The translations under genes were made by a program, and so were the position numbers. Shown piece by piece: positions 58,685-64,000 of a stretch of DNA of 64,000 nt. The first letter of the stretch is position 1. Each line of letters begins with the position of its first letter. The stretch is from Hormiphora californensis (lineage: Eukaryota > Animalia > Ctenophora), in contig CM035355.1 in the NCBI GenBank assembly GCA_020137815.1, positions 4,340,001 to 4,404,000 of the forward strand. The letters run 5' to 3'. The notes below the pieces were generated by a model. It did not search any database and was not told the origin of the DNA. It saw only the letters and a program-made list of their open reading frames with translations.

Positions 58685-60434
58685 TCAACACAGGGCATAT
58701 TGTGTCTGTATGATAGTTCCCAGAGATAGAAGCTGCAGATACTCATCAGCTCCATCCAACAAACACTTATCGGTCATCTGGAAATAATAGACACATTAGA
58801 GATGTTAGAGAGATGTTAGAGAGAGAGGTTAGAGACATACATTAGACAAACTTTAGCCTAGAAAAACACATTTCGAGACACAAATTATGTGTGAGGCCAT
58901 TAAAGAAGACCAGCTAGGGGTTTAAGGGTACACCTGGCGTTTTTCATCATCGAGTGCCCAACCAAATGACTTCACCAGGGTTTAGGCCATACAAAATGGA
59001 CCTCATATATGCAATTTTAGCCCTAAAGTCGAATTCATATTTTTGCTACAGCCTATTTTCAAAGTGGCGTTTTTTCAATTTATGTTGAAATTTTTAACCT
59101 CAGGACCACTTTTTTTGAGATAGAAACATTAAATTCTTGGAATTTGAAGAGAATATAAAGGTGAATAAGCCCAAAGAAGGATTTTTGAAATGGAGCTTAT
59201 TTCTGGCCATGAGAACGGTTTACTTTTTTGCTTCTTTGACACGCTGGCTGAGAATGTTCCCATGCTTCATTAGAGATGAAAATCTGGAAATAGTTGCTCA
59301 AAACGATTATCTATGTGGCCCAAAAATTTTGGAACTTTCCCGCCAAAGATGTGGTGTACAGATCTTTTTTTGTGAAACCTGTCTTTTTGAAAAAGAGGAA
59401 AATTCCCTGTATCTCAAAAACGGATGATCGTAGAGACCTGGGACTAAGCTTAATCGATTCAGAAGGTCCGATTTTGGGGGGGTCTTCTGAGAGACATTTT
59501 GCTCCTACTCCAACCGTTTTTGCTGTAATTGCGAAAAAAGGTATCAGCAAGCAAGGGGGAAATCAGCCCGAAGCAGGCTACTGGAATAGAGTTGTTTCCC
59601 CTTTTCATAGAATTGGTTTTTTGCAATTACAGCAAAATCGGTTGGAGTAGGAGCAAAATGTCTCTCAGAAGACCCCCCCAAAATCGGACCTTCTGAATCG
59701 ATTAAGCTTGGTCCCAGGTCTCTACGATCATCCGTTTTTGAGATACAGGGAATTTCCCTCTTTTTCAAAAAGACGGGTTTCACAAAACAAGCCCTGTACA
59801 CCGCATCTTTGGCGGGAAAGTTCCAAAATTTTTGGGCAACATAGATAATCGTTTTGAGCAACTATTTTCAGATTTTCATCTCTAATGAAGCATGGGAACA
59901 TTCTCAGCCAGCGTGTCAAAGAAGCAAAAAAGTAAACCGTTCTCATGGCCAGAAATAAGCTCCATTTCAAAAATCCTTCTTTGGGCTTATTCACCTTTAT
60001 ATTCTCTTCAAATTCCAAGAATTTAATGTTTCTATCTCAAAAAAGTGGTCCTGAGGTTAAAAATTTCAACATAAATTGAAAAAACGCCACTTTGAAAATA
60101 GGCTGTAGCAAAAATATGAATTCGACTTTAGGGCTAAAATTGCATATATGAGGTCCATTTTGTATGGCCTAAACCCTGGTGAAGTCATTTGGTTGGGCAC
60201 TCGATGATGAAAAACGCCAGGTGTACCCTTAATAGGAACCGAGCGAATCAGGAAATACTGGTCCCTGATTGGCTGATAACCAGTCACGTGACCTAAATAA
60301 CGGGTTCTAATTGGTTGTTTACTTGTGTCGGGGTTTATTAGCTATCTTACCGCGATGTGTTCCATAATGGCTGACTTCTGGGTATCTGGCAGGGATGCAT
60401 CCTCCAATACTAGGTCGTGTACCTGCTCTAGAAC
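58685..60434 (-). CDS. RFC4: Replication factor C small subunit (RFC4-type), last two exons
   Basis: Exons 60434-60351 (VLEQVHDLVLEDASLPDTQKSAIMEHIA) and 58777-58685 (MTDKCLLDGADEYLQLLSL...*) match the RFC4 C-terminal QKS.I...A..DKCL.DGADE.LQL signature. Upstream exons not seen in the window. Confidence 0.85.
58926..60228. mobile_element. Foldback element with about 610-bp TIRs and TTAA TSD (Kolobok-like: purine termini)
   Basis: ttaa|gggtacacctggcg ... cgccaggtgtaccc|ttaa; arms 58926-59538 and 59617-60228; explains mirrored ORFs in the track. Confidence 0.88.
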
Positions 60435-60875
60435 CTGAAAAAGGGTGTCATGTTACCACCAAAACATCACACAAAGGTAGGTAATCACTAGGGTAACCAG
60501 GCAGGTAACCAGGTAGGTAACCAGATAGGTAACCAGGGTAACCACCGGGGTGGGGGAAAGGGAGAGAAATAGGCTAGAGGGTGGTTCCCATGACATACAA
60601 TTAGGAAAAACATGCTTTGATAGCAACAAACTTCCTGATAATATTATTCATGACGAAGTAGGGCAAAACTCGACAGCTAAGACAGTCCAACTGAAATGTG
60701 AAGTGCCTTGGATGAAAAACCTGACCCTATTAGAAGAGGCCAGAGCTGGGGTCTATACCCGCCATTCTGACCCGAACATGTTTCAAAGGATTCGATAAAG
60801 TTAACCTGAACATCATGACGAGATTTAAGGCTAAGTTAGCCCTAGCTGTTCATGCTAGCCCCGTTAGCCCAGTGA

Positions 60876-62197
60876 TGAAATGAAGTTACAGAATCTATTA
60901 CTCCATCACATCTATATAGAATAATTTAAAATTCTTAGATAGATTTAGTTACATGTACTGGCCAATGCTCTGACAGAAGATTAGTTAGACAGCCAGGAAA
61001 TATCGAGAGAGAGATCCTGGCCGGAGAGTAAACGACCAGGAAAACAGCAGTTGTGTACACTCTGGGCCGTTGCAGCTCCAAGGTGGGACTACTATAAATG
61101 GACCGCAGTTGAATTGGACAAACTGCTGCCCTGGAAAAGCATCTGAAGCAACACAGCTGGAAAAGCATCATCAACAAGATCTACTATATCTAGAACTCTG
61201 TTTTCAGTTGAGTATACTCAACAAGACGTTAAAGTCCATTCCGGATATATCCGCGGATAAGGCAGTTTAAGCAAGATAAGGCAGTTTAAGCAAGACTCTG
61301 GGCAGAACCATGCTTATTGGGATGTGGTATTGGGAACTTTATACTGCGTTTTCCTTCGGTCGGTCAGAGCTGGTGATTTCGATCTCAACTTAGCGGCCCA
61401 AAGAGAGATACTACCATTCATACTTATGCTCGATGGGGAAGTTTAAATTTGGAGACTCTTTTGTGTCTACAAGACACATCACCCGCACTATACGACTATT
61501 TCCGGAACGGAGGCTTCGTAGGCCGACTAACTGATCGAGAGTTCTCTGGGATGGCACATAACCAGTTATATGAGCAATGTGTAAGTTTAATGCCTCCTTC
61601 ATCATCAATTACTAATTTTCCCTACCCGGGTGAATGGTTGAGATAGCTGGAACTATCTCTAGGTTCTTCTTTATCAATATGGAAGATTGCAGGGTGTGTT
61701 CACTGCCAGTGGGAGAACATTTCTCACTTGACTCTACTCTCTTTGTGTATTGTGTTCTTTGTGGTGCACCGACTCACAAGAAGTGCTTCAGCCCAGTTGA
61801 TAATGATTACTGATTATGAAATGAAGTTATAGAATTTATAACTCCATTACATCTAATGAAGAATAATTTAAAATTCTTAGATGTATTTAGTTACATGTAC
61901 TGGCTTATAATGATCTGACATGATGAGCAAGTTAGAGAGCCAGGAAATATCGAGAGAGAGAGAGAGAGATCCCGGGAGAGTAAACGGCCAGGAAAACAGC
62001 TGTGTACACTCTGAGACATTGCAGCTCCAAGATATGGGCCTATAAATGGACCACAGTTGAAATGGGCATACTGAGCTCCCCTGGAAAAGCATATATGAAG
62101 CAACACTGCTGGAAAAGCATCAACAAGATATCTACTATCTAGAACTCTGTTTTCAGTTGAGTATACTCAACAAGACGTTAAAGTCCATTCCGGATAT
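60876..62197. repeat. Diverged direct repeat of about 375 bp (60876-61249 and 61816-62197)
   Basis: Both run from atgaaatgaagtta.agaat to aagtccattccggatatat. Confidence 0.8.
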
Positions 62198-62315
62198 ATA
62201 TAATCACGCCACTTCCTTTTAAGGAATGTAAGATTGAGGTCCAGGACCAATCAATTATTGATGTGGACCAATTATTACCTCACTTGCATGATCCGGACGA
62301 ATGGGACTTCCCTGA
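61297..62315 (+). pseudogene. Degraded Academ-type DNA transposase fragments
   Basis: Frameshifted pieces: AYWDVVL, FLRSVRAGDFDL....REILPF, YARWGSLNLETLLCLQDTSPALYDYFRNGGFVGRLTDREFSGMAHNQLYEQ, and LHDPDEWDF near 62290. These recall the YARW...F..G.F...FS....DQ..EQ and LP.P..WGW motifs of that family (from memory). Confidence 0.55.
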
Positions 62316-63508
62316 TAATGTATCCTCAGTTATCATTTTTAATCGTCAGAAGGAACAGATTTGATTCAAAAAATCAAAAAAGGAACAGATAAAACCGGAA
62401 GATGCTTCGAATGAGTATAAACGACTAAGAGCAATCCTTCGAGATAATAACTTGTTATAGAAAAATATACCCAGCCGGCTCTGATTATCTGCATGCACGG
62501 GAGAAAGTTATGTACTACTATTTGGAGACTAATGAAAACTGTGGCATACATTTATTATTTATTAATTATTTTTAAATGGTGTAATGGAGTCAGATGGTAT
62601 TCAAAACTCCGCGGATAGGACTTCAATATCCAAATACCCAAGTTGAGAACTCTCAACAACCATTGGAAAAGCATCGATAGCAGTGGGAATACGTGTAATG
62701 TTGCGGAGGAACATCGACGTTAAAAAAGGACTAATAAATGGTATGTAATGTAATTTGTAATCCCATTCGTTAAAGACAAGAAAGGATCCGTTGACAAACT
62801 TGAAATTAAATTCGACGGAGTTAGGGAAACAACAAAGAGGTATAAGAGAAGTGAAAGTTTACCGAAATGTTTTCTTCTTCGGACTTCAATTCTCTATAAC
62901 TCTTAATTAAATTGAATTAATAAATTATACGTAGTACTATAATCGAGGGTGAGGAATTATTCGCTACAGCAACTTCCGGAATATATGTGCGAAATTCTAC
63001 CACTTCGTCATCATCACGTTCTGGTCTGTGGGAGAGCGAGATGCTGCTATTGGAACATGCCCCCCCTCCCACCCTAGAAGCCTAACACGGGCCACACCGA
63101 AACTAACCCATCTTACAGGAATGGAGTTCGATTGGGAAGAGTTTAGAAAGAGCGCAGAAGAATTACTCTATCATTCCAAAAGGGACCACTGTGGACAGAC
63201 ATATAAACAAGAAGAGGACTGTGGAGGACGAACACTTGGTAGAAATTCTACCACTTCGTCATCACCACATTCTGTGGAAGAGCGACATGCTGCTATTGGA
63301 ACAGGTATCCGGCTAGAATACCAATCGTGTGCCATGAGACAGTATATTCGATCTCCGAGATGGAACCAATGTTATAACAGCTGTTACCAGTCGCCCTGCA
63401 TGCTGGTGCAAACAAATAAAAAGCAACAATGCCCCCACAAATCTAACTAACGAAGTCTGGTCTCTCCGCTTGTTAAAGAACAGGAAAGGAAACGGCGACG
63501 ACTGGAAA

Positions 63509-63681
63509 AGAGCAGAAAAAAGAGTAGATATTATATCTACTCTTTTTTTACTGCTCTATAAATTTACACAAGCTACAAACTGTTGAATAATCAATATCGA
63601 ATGAAACGTTTCTTTACTCATATATTAGTAAAGAAACGTTTCATTCGATATTGAACAGTTTGTAGCTTGTGTAAATTTATA
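63509..63681. repeat. Two abutting AT-rich hairpins (63509-63557 and 63557-63681)
   Basis: tataaatttacacaagctacaaactgtt...tcaatatcgaatgaaacgtttctttact pairs with agtaaagaaacgtttcattcgatattgaacagtttgtagcttgtgtaaatttata. Confidence 0.85.
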
Positions 63682-64000
63682 ATTGATATCAACATCTATA
63701 ACTTAATTACATCTAATGTAGGTTAATAATCACAAACTCTTATATTTATTATACGAGGAAAGCGTTGAGGTTCGGTGCCCTGTTCACCACCGCATTTTAC
63801 TGGGGGGGGGGGGGGGGTGGCCGTGGGAGGGGGGGGGGGGCGGCCAGGGCGAAATAATCCTGCCACCATAAAATGACTTTGGGTGGAAGGAATACGAGGA
63901 CAGCGTTGCAAAGACCTTAAAGTTTTACTATGTTTACAGATTTCGCACCGGTTGATAGAGTTAAAGTACCCTACAAATTGCAGTTGTAGTAGCTGACCAG

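Noticed and set aside
59137-60018. Duplicated 96-118-aa ORFs on both strands
   Set aside because: Mirror images from the TIR arms of a non-autonomous element.
60876-62197. Direct repeats as LTRs
   Set aside because: No TG..CA ends, PBS/PPT or TSD seen; the interior resembles DNA transposase.
63028-63450. 140-aa ORF
   Set aside because: GTG start, internal duplication, no recognisable family; cannot be supported.

Overview
Eukaryotic (animal) genomic DNA from a draft assembly, with N gaps at 2025-2124 and 33409-33508 and several low-quality patches. Compact spliced genes, frequent nested antisense genes and AG acceptors directly before start codons suggest a non-bilaterian, most plausibly a ctenophore (inference). 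On the + strand lie the 3' part of an unidentified helical-domain gene, a fragmentary PEX5-like gene, UVSSA, a 280-aa orphan gene, a tetraspanin and a 33-kb ACSS3-type acyl-CoA synthetase. The two giant ACSS3 introns host an atypical rhodopsin-class GPCR, a frameshifted virus/Polinton-like ORF block with a satellite, a stack of nested transposons, and an eh1+ANTP homeobox gene bracketed by inverted repeats. On the - strand lie TAF5 (with a Ly6/three-finger membrane-protein gene nested in an intron) and the last two exons of RFC4. Introns are full of MITEs and foldback elements (TA, TTAA, 8-bp and 9-bp TSD classes), plus Helitron-like, LINE-like and Academ-like remnants. The most unusual pattern is repeated tandem amplification of exon boundaries (acceptors, donors, start and stop codons). 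In the two largest acceptor arrays only the exon-proximal copy is productive, and it carries a more T-rich acceptor than the decoy copies. Gene models were spliced by hand and checked for phase consistency; family names rest on recalled motifs, not database searches.
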